Shown: positions 38,587 to 50,072 of the stretch, piece by piece
Layout of the letters: the number at the start of each line of letters is the position of its first letter
Numbering within the stretch: the stretch's first letter is position 1
Assembly (NCBI GenBank): GCA_965219415.1
Contig: CBDCNP010000002.1
Coordinates: 2,144,001-2,208,000, forward strand
DNA length: 64,000 bases
From: Candidatus Marinacidobacterales bacterium
GTDB lineage: Bacteria > Acidobacteriota > Vicinamibacteria > Marinacidobacterales > DATDRI01
Direction: 5' to 3'
Notes under the pieces: model-generated
The model's input: the letters and a program-made list of their open reading frames with translations, nothing else
Database searches by the model: none
What the model was told of the DNA's origin: nothing
Translations under genes and position numbers: made by a program

Positions 38587-40674
38587 CTATTGGAGTGTGG
38601 CCAGGACGTCGGGCCCGGCCAGGACGTCCCCCGGAGAGACGTGAATCTTGGATACTTGACCTCGTGCGGGAGCGCGAACCTCGAGTTGCATCTTCATCGA
38701 CTCGATGACGAAGATGACCTGGCCCTGTTCCACTTCGTCGCCTTCTCGCGACCGAACCTCCAAAACTTTTCCTGCCATGGGTGCGCGAACCTCTCCATTG
38801 CCGGAAGCCACATCCAGCCCTTCCCGCGCGGTGTGCCGCGGGCAAGCTAGGCGCAACGTTTCACCGAACAAGGTCACCGTGAGTTCTGCGGCCGATGAGC
38901 GCGAAGCATAGAATCCCGCCGATGGCAATTCTCCTCCTTTGATTCGAGAGGCCAGCTCTCGCAGAGACGTCGAGAAACGCGACGCCGGTTCTGACAATCT
39001 CAAAGCCTCGACCAAACCTGGACCCGACAAAACGAACCGCCCCCGATCGCCCCCTGCAGTAACGACCAATGCGGGGCGCTCTAGCTCGCTTCCAATGCGA
39101 GCCTCGGTGTTGCCTTGAGCGGCGAAACGTTCAGCCGCCGCCGGCCGCGACGTCGCACCTCCAGAAACGGCGAGAGAAAGTCTCTCCCGAACGGTCCTTG
39201 ACTCTAATCGACCTCTAAGTGCGCGCGGCAAGAGTGATGTATTGAGGGATTCCAGGTTTCGATCGATCCATTGCGTCGACTCCCGTCCGGCTCGGAAATC
39301 GCTATGTCTTACCAGGGCTTGTAGAAAAGGGAGATTGGTTGTCGGGCCATGAACGATCATCTCTTCGAGCGCCAGATCCAGCCGTTCCAAAGCCTCGTCA
39401 CGACTCTCGCCGATGGTGATCACTTTCGCGATCATGGAATCGTACTGAGCGTTGACTCGCCCCCCCTCGTGAACTCCTGAATCCACGCGCACGCCATCGC
39501 CGCGCGGTTCCCGATAAAGGACCAGCGATCCTGGGGTCGGCAAGAAATCGTTCCGCGGATCTTCCGCAAGAACACGCGCCTCTACCGAAACGCCTCGCGG
39601 CTCGAGGAGCGTGAAGGTTTCTGAATCGGGCAAGCCGGAAGGCCATGAGCCTTCGGCCAGATCAAATTGAGCCTGAACCAAATCCACGCCGTACACCATC
39701 TCGGTAACCGGGTGTTCGACCTGAAGACGGGTGTTGACCTCCAGGAAGTGGAACTTCTTTTCCGAATCGAGCAAGAACTCGACGGTGCCGGCACCGCGGT
39801 ACCGCGTCTCGGCAACGAGTGCGAGGGCCGCCTTGCCGAGAGACTCTCGGAGAGCACCGTCGACCACAACGCTCGGAGATTCCTCGACGACCTTTTGGTG
39901 GCGTCTCTGCATCGAGCACTCGCGCTCGCCGAGAAAGACGCCCCCCCCTTCGCCATCTCCGAAGACCTGGATCTCGATATGGCGCGGCTCCTTAAGGTAG
40001 CGCTCAACAAAGACGGAAGGGTCTCCGAACCCGGAAAGGGCCTCCTCCGATCCACGACGAATCGCCTCCGGCAGTTCAGCCGCCGAGTTCACGACGCGCA
40101 TCCCCCTTCCTCCTCCACCACCGCTGGCCTTCACCAAGTAAGGAGGTGATATGCCGCGTGAAGCGAGTTGGTCGGCGATGGTACTTGCGGGCAAGCCCTC
40201 TAGTTCCTTTGAGGCGAGGGACGTCAGGCTAGGAACGCCGCATCGCACTGCGAGCGTCTTGGCGGACTCCTTGTTGCCGAGCGCTCTCATGCTTGCCGGC
40301 GTCGGCCCGACGAAGACGAGACCCGCCTTTTCGACCTCCTCGGCGAACTCGGCGTTCTCGGAGAGAAATCCGTAGCCGGGATGAAGCAGATGGGCGCCCC
40401 AATTGCGGGCGGCACGAACGATGCTCTCTCCATCGAGAAAACTCTCTACTTCGAGAACCTCGTCCGCTTCGGTGCGTACTAGAGCATCAGCGTCTTCCAC
40501 GGTGGAGATGACCGCAACCTGGTATCCGCGCTCACGAGCGGCACGCAGAACGCGCCGTGCGATTTCCCCACGATTCGCGATGACTAGATTTGGCAAAATT
40601 TGGATTAGGGCACCCAGGGAGGAGCCTTCTTGTCGAAGAAGGATGCTAGCCCGGCCTGGCCTTCCTCCGAGCAT
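38587..40674 (-). CDS. Acyl-CoA carboxylase alpha subunit (biotin carboxylase + BCCP; LiuD/AtuF-like); start probably near 40600
   Basis: IANRGEIA, HPGYGFLSEN, RECSMQRRHQK, EVNTRLQVEH, ESMKM. Confidence 0.9.
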   Translation of the reverse strand: MLGGRPGRASILLRQEGSSLGALIQILPNLVIANRGEIARRVLRAARERGYQVAVISTVEDADALVRTEADEVLEVESFLDGESIVRAARNWGAHLLHPGYGFLSENAEFAEEVEKAGLVFVGPTPASMRALGNKESAKTLAVRCGVPSLTSLASKELEGLPASTIADQLASRGISPPYLVKASGGGGGRGMRVVNSAAELPEAIRRGSEEALSGFGDPSVFVERYLKEPRHIEIQVFGDGEGGGVFLGERECSMQRRHQKVVEESPSVVVDGALRESLGKAALALVAETRYRGAGTVEFLLDSEKKFHFLEVNTRLQVEHPVTEMVYGVDLVQAQFDLAEGSWPSGLPDSETFTLLEPRGVSVEARVLAEDPRNDFLPTPGSLVLYREPRGDGVRVDSGVHEGGRVNAQYDSMIAKVITIGESRDEALERLDLALEEMIVHGPTTNLPFLQALVRHSDFRAGRESTQWIDRNLESLNTSLLPRALRGRLESRTVRERLSLAVSGGATSRPAAAERFAAQGNTEARIGSELERPALVVTAGGDRGRFVLSGPGLVEALRLSEPASRFSTSLRELASRIKGGELPSAGFYASRSSAAELTVTLFGETLRLACPRHTAREGLDVASGNGEVRAPMAGKVLEVRSREGDEVEQGQVIFVIESMKMQLEVRAPARGQVSKIHVSPGDVLAGPDVLATLQ

Positions 40675-41405
40675 CGGGCCTTCGCAATGCTCTCCGCGGT
40701 GAACTCGATCTGATCCGCGCTCGGAAGGGGAGCCGCATTGTGGAGGAGTTTTTTCGTCCTGCGAGCCGATTCCGGACCAGCATGCAGAAACTCCGCCACC
40801 AGTTCCTCGAGCTCAGAGTCGAAACTTTGCTCGCTGGTCGTGCGTTGCACCAAACCTAGCTCTCGCGCCTCCGGAGCCTTGATGCGCCGACCGGTAAGAA
40901 GAAGAGACGACGCGGCCGCCAGCCCTATCTTTCGAACGATGTACGGGCTGATGACCGCGGGGACGATTCCGAGCCGGACCTCGGTGGTCGCGAAGGTCGC
41001 CCTTTCTTCGGAGAACACGTAGTCGGTCGAAACCGCGAGGCCCATTCCGCCCCCGATCGCGGCGCCACGAACCGCACAGATGACCGGAGTAGGAAACGCC
41101 GCTAGATCGTAGAAGAGCTGGGCGAGGCTCTTCGCATCGGCGAGGCTCTCGGCTTCACCGCTCCCCGCCAACCGCTTCATGTAGTTCAGATCGGCGCCCG
41201 CGGAGAAGAGCTTTCCTTCACCAGTGAGAATGAGCAACCTCATCTCGCCCGGGTCTGGTATCGCGGCAAGCTTGGCTAGAACGTCCTTGAGCTCTTGGAT
41301 CATCGTCTCGTCGAACGCGTTCCGGGCGTCCGGACGTGAAAGAACGATGCGTTTCACGCCATGGGGTTGGGACTCTACTCGGAGAGTAGAAGCTTCGAGT
41401 TTCAT
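40605..41405 (-). CDS. Enoyl-CoA hydratase (methylglutaconyl-CoA hydratase, LiuC/AtuE-like)
   Basis: FSAGADL, AIGGGMGL, EVRLGIVPAVISPY. Confidence 0.85.
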   Translation of the reverse strand: MKLEASTLRVESQPHGVKRIVLSRPDARNAFDETMIQELKDVLAKLAAIPDPGEMRLLILTGEGKLFSAGADLNYMKRLAGSGEAESLADAKSLAQLFYDLAAFPTPVICAVRGAAIGGGMGLAVSTDYVFSEERATFATTEVRLGIVPAVISPYIVRKIGLAAASSLLLTGRRIKAPEARELGLVQRTTSEQSFDSELEELVAEFLHAGPESARRTKKLLHNAAPLPSADQIEFTAESIAKARCSEEGQAGLASFFDKKAPPWVP

Positions 41406-43282
41406 GTTATGAGCTCGCCCGGACAAGGCATGTTCTCCGGGGCAATGGTTTCCAGAAGCGGTTTCGGGACCTCGACCCGACACCGCAAGAGCGCCTGGCT
41501 ATAGGTCTTGCCTTGCGGATCCATGTAGAGACTGACCGTCCCTCCGCCGCCGAGCGATTCATCCAGCAAGAAATTCAGAGCCCAGAGGTTGGGGACCAAG
41601 TAACGGTGCACCTCGCCGCGCGCGATGCTCTCGAACCATTTCTTGATGCGCTCGGCGGTAACGTTCTCTCGCAACCAAACATAGCACTCCGGACTCCTGC
41701 CAATGAGGCCGATGTTGGCGGTATCTCCCTTGTCACCGCTCCGGGCATGAGCGATTTGCATGAGTGGTACCTCGATCGTTGCCGCATCATCCCACTTCTC
41801 GATAAGGCTCCGAGCAAACGGATCTTCGGGCGCGACACCAGCTTCTCCCGTGCCACCCGTTTTCGGCCAGGCCAGATCCTTGTGCTCCGCCTCGACCTGC
41901 AACTTAGGGCGCTCTTTCTCCTGCACGCAGATGGTCACCGAGGGAAGTGCACACTCTTGCGGAATCAAAGCCGGCCAATAGCGAACGACATCCGAGATCG
42001 CGGGAGCGCCGCCGGTAACGGCGACGCCCGAGGGACCGCTAAGAATCAAGCTGGGGAGAAGCTTGCGGAACATCGCCAGCTTTTGCCGTTCGTGATCCCG
42101 GGCGGATAGGCGCAGCAAGATCTCGGTGGGCTCGTGAGACGGAGTCAGGTCGCGGTGCGTGCTGTCGTCCCCGACAAGATCGGTATGCCTGCCCTCGAGC
42201 GGCGAGACCCCGGCGCGCGTCAGCTCGGCCTCGAGCCGGCGCCAGAATATCTCGGCGAACGCCTTGGCTTTGGCTCTCGCGTCGGGCCCGGAGATGATGA
42301 TCATGCCGCTCGCTTTGAACCCGTCCGCCAAGGACACACTCACCTTGAGCAGGTCGGTCGGCTTCGTACCTCGGACCCCGGAGACCCGAACGCGCTCGGC
42401 GCCCGCTTGCTCGAGTTGGATCCCGGTGAAGTCGGCGATCACATCGGGAGTGAGATAGGCCTGGGGATGTCCCATCTCGTAAAGGAGCTGCTCCCGGATG
42501 GTCTGGCACGTCACGAGACCGCCCGAACCGGGGTGTTTCGTGATCACAAACGATCCGTCCGGCTCGATCTCTAGAATCGGAAACCCGACATCCTGGAAGC
42601 TCGGGACCTTGCACCAATCGGTGAAGTTCCCGCCCGTGGCCTGCGCCCCGCACTCGATGATATGTCCGCCAACGATCCCGTGTGCCAACTTGTCGTAGTC
42701 GTCCATCGACCAGCCGAACTCGTGAATCAACGCACCGAGTGTGATCCCGGTGTCGCTCACCCGTCCCGAGAGAACGATGTGCGGGTCGGCGGTGAGCGCC
42801 TTGACCACCGGTAAGGCTCCGAAGTAGGCATTCGCGGAAAGAACACTCGCCGTGTAGTCGCCCAGTTCCTCGCCGGTCTCCATGTTCCTCAGATCGACGC
42901 CCTGCTCTCGCAGCTCGGAGAGCCGGGGCACAATGTTGTCTCCTTCGATGACGGCCACCTTGAGTGTCAGGCCGCGGGCGCGCGCCGCCGTAAAAAGCGC
43001 TTCCGCACAGGCCGAGGGATTGACACCACCCGCATTGGTGATGATCTTGATCTTGCGAGCAACTACATCTTCGAGGAGCGGCTCGACCTGAGTAATGAAG
43101 TCGGGCGCGTAGCCGGCGTTCGGATCACGAGCCAACTGCTTCTGCATGATGCTCATCGTGATCTCGGCCAGGAAATCGATCGAAATGTAGTTGACTGGAA
43201 GTTCACCTTCCACTTGCCTTCTGAGCGCGTAGGGATCGTCGCCCCAGTAGCCTCCTGCGTTGGCGATGCGAACGATAGCCAC
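41402..43282 (-). CDS. atuA: Acyclic terpene utilization AtuA family (DUF1446)
   Basis: GTG start, VRIANAGGYWGD, FLAEITM, GHIIECGAQATGGN, ARSGDKGD, DPQGK. Confidence 0.85.
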   Translation of the reverse strand: MAIVRIANAGGYWGDDPYALRRQVEGELPVNYISIDFLAEITMSIMQKQLARDPNAGYAPDFITQVEPLLEDVVARKIKIITNAGGVNPSACAEALFTAARARGLTLKVAVIEGDNIVPRLSELREQGVDLRNMETGEELGDYTASVLSANAYFGALPVVKALTADPHIVLSGRVSDTGITLGALIHEFGWSMDDYDKLAHGIVGGHIIECGAQATGGNFTDWCKVPSFQDVGFPILEIEPDGSFVITKHPGSGGLVTCQTIREQLLYEMGHPQAYLTPDVIADFTGIQLEQAGAERVRVSGVRGTKPTDLLKVSVSLADGFKASGMIIISGPDARAKAKAFAEIFWRRLEAELTRAGVSPLEGRHTDLVGDDSTHRDLTPSHEPTEILLRLSARDHERQKLAMFRKLLPSLILSGPSGVAVTGGAPAISDVVRYWPALIPQECALPSVTICVQEKERPKLQVEAEHKDLAWPKTGGTGEAGVAPEDPFARSLIEKWDDAATIEVPLMQIAHARSGDKGDTANIGLIGRSPECYVWLRENVTAERIKKWFESIARGEVHRYLVPNLWALNFLLDESLGGGGTVSLYMDPQGKTYSQALLRCRVEVPKPLLETIAPENMPCPGELIT

Positions 43283-43293
43283 TTGTGATTTGC

Positions 43294-44904
43294 CTACATT
43301 CGAAAGACGCCGACCTTCGTTTCCTCGAGAGGAGCATTCAAGACGGTAGCTAGGCTCAACGCCAAAACGGTCCGAGTCGCCTTCATATCGACGACACCAT
43401 CGTCCCAAAGGCGCGCCGATGCATAGTAAGGGTGTCCTTCCTTTTCGTACTTCTCCAAGATTGGCGCAGTTATTTTCTCCGCTTCTTTCGCGCTCAGGGT
43501 CTTGCCTCGCCGCTCGCGTTGATCTCGCTTGACGGTAAGCAACACTTGGGCGGCTTGCTCGCCTCCCATCACGGAAATACGGCTTCCCGGCCAGGTCCAG
43601 AGGAATCGTGGCTCGTAGGCTCGGCCAGCCATTCCGTAGTTTCCCGCTCCGAAACTGCCACCCAAGATCATGGTGATCTTCGGAACTTTGGCGGTGGCAA
43701 CCGCGTGAACCATCTTCGCTCCGTCCTTCGCGATACCACCTCGCTCGTACTGAGCCCCTACCATGAAGCCAGTGATGTTCTGGAGGAAAAGAAGAGGGAT
43801 CTTCTCGGCGGTACAAAGCTCGATGAAGTGCGTCACCTTGAGTGCGCTCTCGCTGAACAGGACTCCGTTGTTCGCGATGATTCCACAGGGCATCCCTTCG
43901 ATATGTGCGAAACCGGTAACCACCGTGGAACCGTAGCGCTCCTTGAACTCGAAGAGACGACTGCCGTCCACGATGCGCGCAAGGACCTCGCGGATATCGA
44001 CCTGGCGGTGCAGGTCCTTTGGCCAAATCCCTAGAAGCTCTTCCGGTTCGTAGGCGGGAGGTTCGGGTGACTTGAGATCCACCACCGCCTGCGAACGTTG
44101 CCCCAAGTGGAAAACGATGTCTCGCATCACCTCGAGCGCGTGGGCATCGTCCACCGCGAAATGATCGGCCACGCCACTGAGCTCAGTGTGAACGTGCGCG
44201 CCGCCGAGTTCTTCGGCGGAAACGTCTTCACCGGTGGCGGCCTTCACCAAAGGTGGACCTGCCAGGAAAATAGTTCCCGTCTTGTTGACGATGACCGCCT
44301 GATCGCTCATCGCCGGGACATAGGCCCCGCCGGCGGTGCACATCCCCATGACGGCTGAGAGTTGGGGAACACCGGCCGCGCTCAGGACCGCTTGGTTGTA
44401 GAAGATGCGGCCGAAGTGTTCTTTGTCCGGAAAAACCTCCGCTTGCAGGGGCAGGAAGGCTCCGCCGCTGTCTACCAAATAGATGCAAGGCAAGCGATTC
44501 TGAAGCGCGATCTCCTGCGCTCGGAGATGCTTTTTCACAGTGATCGGATAGTAAGTACCCCCCTTCACCGTGGCGTCGTTCGCGACCACCATGCACTGGC
44601 GCCCGTGAACCATGCCGACGCCGACCACGACGCCGCCCGCTGGCGCTGGGTCGTCGTCGTAAACCTGGTAGCCGGCCATGGGCCCAATCTCCAAGAAAGG
44701 TGCCCCTTCGTCGCACAGAGTGGCGACCCGATCGCGGACGAACATTTTCTTTTGTTCACGGTGCCGGGCGTGGGCTTTTTCATCACCGCCCTTTCGAACC
44801 ACGGCGAGCTTCTCCGCGAGATCATCCGATAGTGCCAAGTTGTGCTCGAGGTTCTTCTTGTACTCGTCGCTTTTCATGCTCACCTGGCTCTTGATAAAGC
44901 CCAC
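43294..44904 (-). CDS. Acyl-CoA carboxylase carboxyltransferase beta subunit (LiuB-like)
   Basis: RBS AAGGAGG; [41 protein letters not shown]. Confidence 0.9.
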   Translation of the reverse strand: MGFIKSQVSMKSDEYKKNLEHNLALSDDLAEKLAVVRKGGDEKAHARHREQKKMFVRDRVATLCDEGAPFLEIGPMAGYQVYDDDPAPAGGVVVGVGMVHGRQCMVVANDATVKGGTYYPITVKKHLRAQEIALQNRLPCIYLVDSGGAFLPLQAEVFPDKEHFGRIFYNQAVLSAAGVPQLSAVMGMCTAGGAYVPAMSDQAVIVNKTGTIFLAGPPLVKAATGEDVSAEELGGAHVHTELSGVADHFAVDDAHALEVMRDIVFHLGQRSQAVVDLKSPEPPAYEPEELLGIWPKDLHRQVDIREVLARIVDGSRLFEFKERYGSTVVTGFAHIEGMPCGIIANNGVLFSESALKVTHFIELCTAEKIPLLFLQNITGFMVGAQYERGGIAKDGAKMVHAVATAKVPKITMILGGSFGAGNYGMAGRAYEPRFLWTWPGSRISVMGGEQAAQVLLTVKRDQRERRGKTLSAKEAEKITAPILEKYEKEGHPYYASARLWDDGVVDMKATRTVLALSLATVLNAPLEETKVGVFRM

Positions 44905-44975
44905 GTTTCGGGACCTCCTTTTTCCGCTCAGGATCCTACAACGTCGCACCAAAAGAATGGCAGTGGGTGGCCAGG

Positions 44976-46295
44976 CTATCGGATTGCCCTGTCGACCGCT
45001 CTCCGAAAGTCATCGTCGACTCTCGCCAGCTGATTGGGCCACAGTTGAGCCATGAAGATCCCGATGACTTCGAGTTCCGGATCGATCCAGAACGACGTGA
45101 AGAAGAAGCCGCCCCAACCGAACGCCCCGGCTGTATCTGCTGTCTCGACGGACACCCCGAATCCATACTTCCCGTCCCCGATGCTCAGCTCTCCGATCTG
45201 GTTTGCGGTCATCTCTCGCACGGTCTCCGGCTTCAGCAAGCGCACGCCGGTCAGCTCCCCCCGGTTGAGGAGCATCTGGCAAAAACGATAGTAGTCGTCG
45301 ACGGTGGAGACCAGACCAGCCCCACCCGAGAAATAGGTTTGCGGCCCCTGATAGTGATAGCTGGTGGAAAAGACCACTGCGCCTTCTGCGATTGGCCCTG
45401 CCAGGAGCTCGCGAAGGCCACCGCCCCTTCGAGGTCGGTAGACGGACGCCAGCCGAGAAACTTTTTCTTCAGGTAGGAAAAAGTAGGAGTCTTTCATTCC
45501 CAGCGGTAGAAAAATGTCTTCTTCGAAGAACTCCGCGAGCGTCCTTCCCGACGCAACCTCCACCAAGCGTCCCAGCACATCCGTCGATAGCCCGTACTTC
45601 CACGCGGTCCCCGGTTCATGAAGAAGCGGCTGCTTCGCTAGCCTCCGGATTCCCGGCCCGATGGTTCCCTCGGTCTGCACCAATCCATCGGAGATTTCTG
45701 CTTCAGCATATAGACGTGTGAATGGCTGAACCCCCGAAAAACCATAGCTAATGCCGGAAGTATGAGTAAGAAGGTGGCGAATCGTGATCTCGCGTGATGC
45801 CGGGACGCGCTCGAACGCTCGGGGGCTGCTCGTTGCATGAACGACAATCTCCGGGTGCTCGAACTCTGGTATGAAGCGCGCGATGGGGTCATCGAGCTGG
45901 AAACTGCCCTCTTCATGAAGCATCAAGACCGCCACGCTGGTAATCGGCTTGGTCATCGAGGCGATCCGGAAGATGGTGTCTTCGCGCATCGGAGCATCGT
46001 CGGCTATATCCTTCCAACCGAACGCCTCTCGAAAGACGACCCTTCCACCCACTGCGATCAAACCGACCGCCCCAGCGATGTCTTCTCGGTCGACCGCTTT
46101 ACTTAAAACCTCGCGCGCCGCCTCGAAGGTGTAGCGCGGAATGACGCGAGTCGAGGGACCGGCAACTTCGGAAGAGGGCACCTGACAGGAAAGACAGGCC
46201 TGACAGAAAAGACAGAAAAGACCAAGAGCGAGAGAAGCCCGCAACTCGCCCCGATGCGGATCGAATAGGGCCTTCACCTCGCGAATTCCCTCCAC
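44976..46295 (-). CDS. Serine hydrolase, class C beta-lactamase family
   Basis: IASMTK (SxxK), LLTHTSG, WKYG, FGWGG. Confidence 0.88.
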   Translation of the reverse strand: MEGIREVKALFDPHRGELRASLALGLFCLFCQACLSCQVPSSEVAGPSTRVIPRYTFEAAREVLSKAVDREDIAGAVGLIAVGGRVVFREAFGWKDIADDAPMREDTIFRIASMTKPITSVAVLMLHEEGSFQLDDPIARFIPEFEHPEIVVHATSSPRAFERVPASREITIRHLLTHTSGISYGFSGVQPFTRLYAEAEISDGLVQTEGTIGPGIRRLAKQPLLHEPGTAWKYGLSTDVLGRLVEVASGRTLAEFFEEDIFLPLGMKDSYFFLPEEKVSRLASVYRPRRGGGLRELLAGPIAEGAVVFSTSYHYQGPQTYFSGGAGLVSTVDDYYRFCQMLLNRGELTGVRLLKPETVREMTANQIGELSIGDGKYGFGVSVETADTAGAFGWGGFFFTSFWIDPELEVIGIFMAQLWPNQLARVDDDFRRAVDRAIR

Positions 46296-46314
46296 GGCCT
46301 TGGCGGCCTTGCGA

Positions 46315-48177
46315 TCAAGCTGCCGGATAGGAGCCTAGAACCTTGAGCTTCTCCGTCGAGTCGGGGAGCGAATCCAGAAGCTTGCGGACTCCGGGCGTTT
46401 CGACCTTACCTTCGAAGTCCATGTAGAACATGTACTCCCACGGTCGGCCCGGAATCGGGCGGGACTCCAGTTTGATCAAGTTGACCTCACACTCGGTGGC
46501 AAGTTTCAACACTGCGAAGAGTGCGCCCGGCTCGTTGGGCGTTGTGAATACGACCGACGTCTTGTCGCACTTCTCGTGCACCTGCGCTTCCTTGGCGATC
46601 ACCACGAAGCGCGTGTAGTTTTGCGGGTTATCCTCTACCGCTTCCGCGAGCACGTCGACGTCATAGATCTTGGCCGCCTGGAGGGAAGCTAGGGCTGCGG
46701 TATCGGTGGCACCTTCGTCGCAGATGAGCTTCACCGACCCCGCGGTGTCGTAGGTCTGGAAGACCGTCCAGTCCGGGTGGTCCCGTAGAAAACGATCGCA
46801 TTGCGCGAGAGCCTGCGGGTGCCCGTAGAGTTTCTTGATGTCTTCCTTTTGGACTCCACGGTTGGCCAGGAGATTGTGGGAGACCCGCAGCTTGATTTCA
46901 CCGACGATCGCCAGTTCGAACTCCAGTAGTAAGTCGTAGTTCTGATTGATGGACCCTGCCAATGAGTTCTCGATGGGGACGATCCCGAAGGCCGCTTCAC
47001 CGGAATCCACCTTCTCGAACACATCGCGAAACGCGGGGTAGCCTTTGGGCAATATGTCCCCGAAGTAGGCGAACGCTGCCATCTCACTGAACGCGCCGGG
47101 TTCACCCTGATACGCGGCGTCCACTTTCGGCGACGTGGGCCCAGACCTTTTCTTGGGATGCCGCCATGACAACTCGAGCTCGCGTCCCACTACCGGCGCC
47201 ATCGATTGGAGCGCCTTCAGTAGTCGATCGAGATCCGGAAGGGTCAAGGATTGAGCGCCGTCCGAAAGCGCCTTCTCCGGCTCGGGATGCACTTCAACGA
47301 GAAGACCGTCGGCACCGGCCCCCATCGCGGCGAGCGACATCGGTAAGACGTAGCGGCGCACTCCCGTCCCGTGGCTCGGGTCAACGATCACCGGCAGGTG
47401 TGTCAGTTCTTTCAAAACCGGAACGGCATTGAGATCGAGCGTGTTCCGCGTCTTGGTTTCGAAAGTTCGGATGCCACGCTCACACAGGATGACTTTCTGA
47501 TTGCGGCCGACGATATACTCGGCGCTCATGAGCCACTCGTCGATAGTCGCGGCTAAACCTCGCTTCAAGATGATGGGTTTGTCGATCTCCGCTACTGCCT
47601 TCAGAAGATCGAAGTTTTGCATATTGCGGGTACCGATTTGGAGTATGTCGGCGTAGCGGGCAACCAAGTCGACCTTGTCAGCGGTCATGACTTCGGTCAC
47701 CACCAACATGCCGGTGAGCTCGCGGGCTTCTGCCAATAGTTTCAGCCCCTCTTCGCCCATGCCCTGAAACGAGTAGGGTGACGTCCGCGGTTTGAAGGCG
47801 CCACCTCGCAAGACGTTGACCCCCATCTCGGAAAGCTTGATGGCGGTGTCGAGCAGGGTATCGCGGCTCTCGACCGCGCAAGGCCCTGCCATGACGAGGA
47901 ACTTGGGGCCGCCAACCAAACAATCGCCGATCTGAACTTGCGGCTTAAACCCGGACTCGCGCGATGCGATCTTGTAGGGTTTCGAGACCCGAAGGACCTC
48001 TAGCACCGCGGGATGATTCTCGAGCTCGTCACCGGTGAATTGGATCGCTCCGATTACCGCGATCACCGAGCGCTCCTCGCCTCGGATGACCGTGGTGTCG
48101 GTGTCGCGGTCACGGAGCCAGTCCTGAAGATTCTTGATCTCCCGTGGCGATGCGTCTTGTCGTAAAACGATAATCAT
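46315..48177 (-). CDS. aroF-pheA: Fused DAHP synthase (class I-beta) and prephenate dehydratase-ACT
   Basis: [38 protein letters not shown], then [34 protein letters not shown]. Confidence 0.92.
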   Translation of the reverse strand: MIIVLRQDASPREIKNLQDWLRDRDTDTTVIRGEERSVIAVIGAIQFTGDELENHPAVLEVLRVSKPYKIASRESGFKPQVQIGDCLVGGPKFLVMAGPCAVESRDTLLDTAIKLSEMGVNVLRGGAFKPRTSPYSFQGMGEEGLKLLAEARELTGMLVVTEVMTADKVDLVARYADILQIGTRNMQNFDLLKAVAEIDKPIILKRGLAATIDEWLMSAEYIVGRNQKVILCERGIRTFETKTRNTLDLNAVPVLKELTHLPVIVDPSHGTGVRRYVLPMSLAAMGAGADGLLVEVHPEPEKALSDGAQSLTLPDLDRLLKALQSMAPVVGRELELSWRHPKKRSGPTSPKVDAAYQGEPGAFSEMAAFAYFGDILPKGYPAFRDVFEKVDSGEAAFGIVPIENSLAGSINQNYDLLLEFELAIVGEIKLRVSHNLLANRGVQKEDIKKLYGHPQALAQCDRFLRDHPDWTVFQTYDTAGSVKLICDEGATDTAALASLQAAKIYDVDVLAEAVEDNPQNYTRFVVIAKEAQVHEKCDKTSVVFTTPNEPGALFAVLKLATECEVNLIKLESRPIPGRPWEYMFYMDFEGKVETPGVRKLLDSLPDSTEKLKVLGSYPAA

Positions 48178-48225
48178 AGATACCTACCCAAATGACAGAA
48201 GCGGCTGGGGAAAAAGTGTGCGCCG

Positions 48226-48276
48226 CTAGGCGCTAAAAAAACGGCGGGAAATGAAGGGATGCCGGTTAGACATCAT
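48226..48276 (-). promoter_or_regulatory. Putative pheL-like leader peptide MMSNRHPFISRRFFSA
   Basis: 16-codon ORF with 3 Phe (tandem TTT TTT) between the promoter and aroF-pheA. Confidence 0.55.
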
Positions 48277-48285
48277 AACCCGCGA

Positions 48286-48314
48286 AGTGTATCAGCCGCC
48301 GAGCCAGAGGTCAA
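48286..48314 (-). promoter_or_regulatory. Sigma70-like promoter of the leader/aroF-pheA transcript
   Basis: TTGACC-17 bp-TACACT. Confidence 0.6.
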
Positions 48315-48384
48315 GGGAAAGACTGTAATCGCGCCTACTTGTTTGGAGGTCACTTCCTTGCTATGCTGCGCGTTCTTCAACACC

Positions 48385-49165
48385 ATGCTGGCGCGCCGAT
48401 TCCTCCTCGCTGTCATCTTGCAGCTTGGTTTTGTCGGGATCGTTTCCCCGCAGTCCACTCGCCCGCAACCCACCCACGACGACTCCTGGCGGGCCCCCGC
48501 TAGCCAACCGCAATCAGTTTCCTCCCGCTTTTTTGTTCATCGCCCTCGAACCCGAGAGGGCCACCGTGCTGTCCAAAGGAGAGAGGCGCCTTTTCGTCAA
48601 CGTCGATTACTCCAACATCCTAGTACTGCAAGATACGATGAACGAAGACCTCGAAGTCGATCTCGAGTCGCTCAGGGTGAACCTCCAGGTCAAGTACGGC
48701 CTGGGGTGGGACTTCGAGATTGCCGCCGCCTTACAGATCTATTCGATTCACGCTGGATTCTTGGATCCCTTCATTTCCTCTTACCACAACGCTCTCAACC
48801 TTCCGAACAAGGTCCGAGATCGTGAACCGAATAACTTTCTCAGATATCGCTGGCAGATCGATGACCGGATCGTCACCGAGCAAACAGAAGGGTTTTCAGC
48901 GCTCGGCGATCTGACGCTACAGGTGAAACGAGCCGTCACGTGGAAAAAACTAGAAGCGACCGAGCTGGCGGTGAAAGCGGGTTTGAAATTGCCGACCGGT
49001 AGTCGGGATCGCTTCGTTTTCGAGTGGCGCTTGGCAGAGGATCTTTCCTCCAGCGCGCCGGATTTCACCATCGGCTTTCAAGTCACCTACAACTGGAAGC
49101 GCGCCAAGAAAACGGAGGGGATCAGTCCTTTTCCAAAAGTGCCGCCGCCAGGAGAGGAACCATGA
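48385..49165 (+). pseudogene. DUF3187-like outer-membrane protein, frameshifted and apparently shortened
   Basis: Signal peptide in one frame; RNQFP, GFLDPFISSYH, GDLTL and KLPTG in another; very short after KLPTG. Confidence 0.5.
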
Positions 49166-50072
49166 TCTCGTGGTGCCCCACGATCTCGTAGCCACGACCG
49201 GAGCCGGAAACTGGCCGCTCTACGACGTTCTTGCGCGGGCGGTAATGGCGCAAGAAATCGAAGCTCGCGGTCGAAAAGTTCGAGAGAGGATGCCCCAGGT
49301 TGCGAACCACACTCACCGCCTTGAGGAAGACTTCGGGCAAGACCACTGCCGAGCCCAGGTTCAAGTAAACCCCACCGTCATCGAGTTTTTGGACCATGGC
49401 GGCGAGTAGCTTGAAGTCATGCAAGCTCCCTCTCCCAATGAGGTCGCCCGACGCCTGCGGATGCATGTGAATGATGTCGGTACCGACTGCGACGTGAACG
49501 GTCACCGGAATGGACAAACGGTACCCGGCCCAAATCAAGCTGAGATTCATGAACTGAGGCTGGTGATGTTCCACGAACGCTCCGATCGCCTCGCCGATGC
49601 CCGCCCCCTGCGAAACACCCTCCTCGATGGCCCGATTGAGGAGCGAACCGGTCTCTTCGGCCATACCAAAATCGCCGGACCCTAGGCCTTCCTCCACCTC
49701 TTCCGACGTCTGTCCCACCAAGGCCATCTCGAAATCGTGAATGATGCCAGCCCCATTGAGAGCCAAACCACTGACGTAGCCTTGTTCCATGAGATGAATG
49801 ATGAGTGGCGAGAGACCCACCTTGATGACGTGCGCACCGACTCCCCAGATCAGCCCGCGCTTTCGATCGCGAGCCGCCTTCATGGAACGGACCAGCTCTT
49901 TCAGATCGCGAGCCGCAAGGACTCCGGGCAAGCCATCCCAAAACTCACGAAAGCTTTGGCCGGCCTTGGGGACCGCACCCAGGTCATCCATCCCCACCTT
50001 GCTCTTACGCGACTTGAGTGGGTAGGTGCGGAGACCCGATAAGTCCAGCGGATCGACGGGGTAGTTCGGCAT
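49122..50072 (-). CDS. Deoxyhypusine synthase-like conserved protein
   Basis: GAHVIKVGL, NGAGIIHDFE, GTDIIHMHP, GSAVVLPEVFLKA, GHHEIM. Confidence 0.65.
   Translation of the reverse strand: MPNYPVDPLDLSGLRTYPLKSRKSKVGMDDLGAVPKAGQSFREFWDGLPGVLAARDLKELVRSMKAARDRKRGLIWGVGAHVIKVGLSPLIIHLMEQGYVSGLALNGAGIIHDFEMALVGQTSEEVEEGLGSGDFGMAEETGSLLNRAIEEGVSQGAGIGEAIGAFVEHHQPQFMNLSLIWAGYRLSIPVTVHVAVGTDIIHMHPQASGDLIGRGSLHDFKLLAAMVQKLDDGGVYLNLGSAVVLPEVFLKAVSVVRNLGHPLSNFSTASFDFLRHYRPRKNVVERPVSGSGRGYEIVGHHEIMVPLLAAALLEKD

Noticed and set aside
43283-44026. N-terminal extension making AtuA 874 aa
   Set aside because: Overlaps the carboxyltransferase gene in another frame; the AtuA motif begins at GTG 43282
44976-46295. 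Antibiotic-resistance beta-lactamase
   Set aside because: Generic esterase-like serine hydrolase family; no evidence for a resistance function
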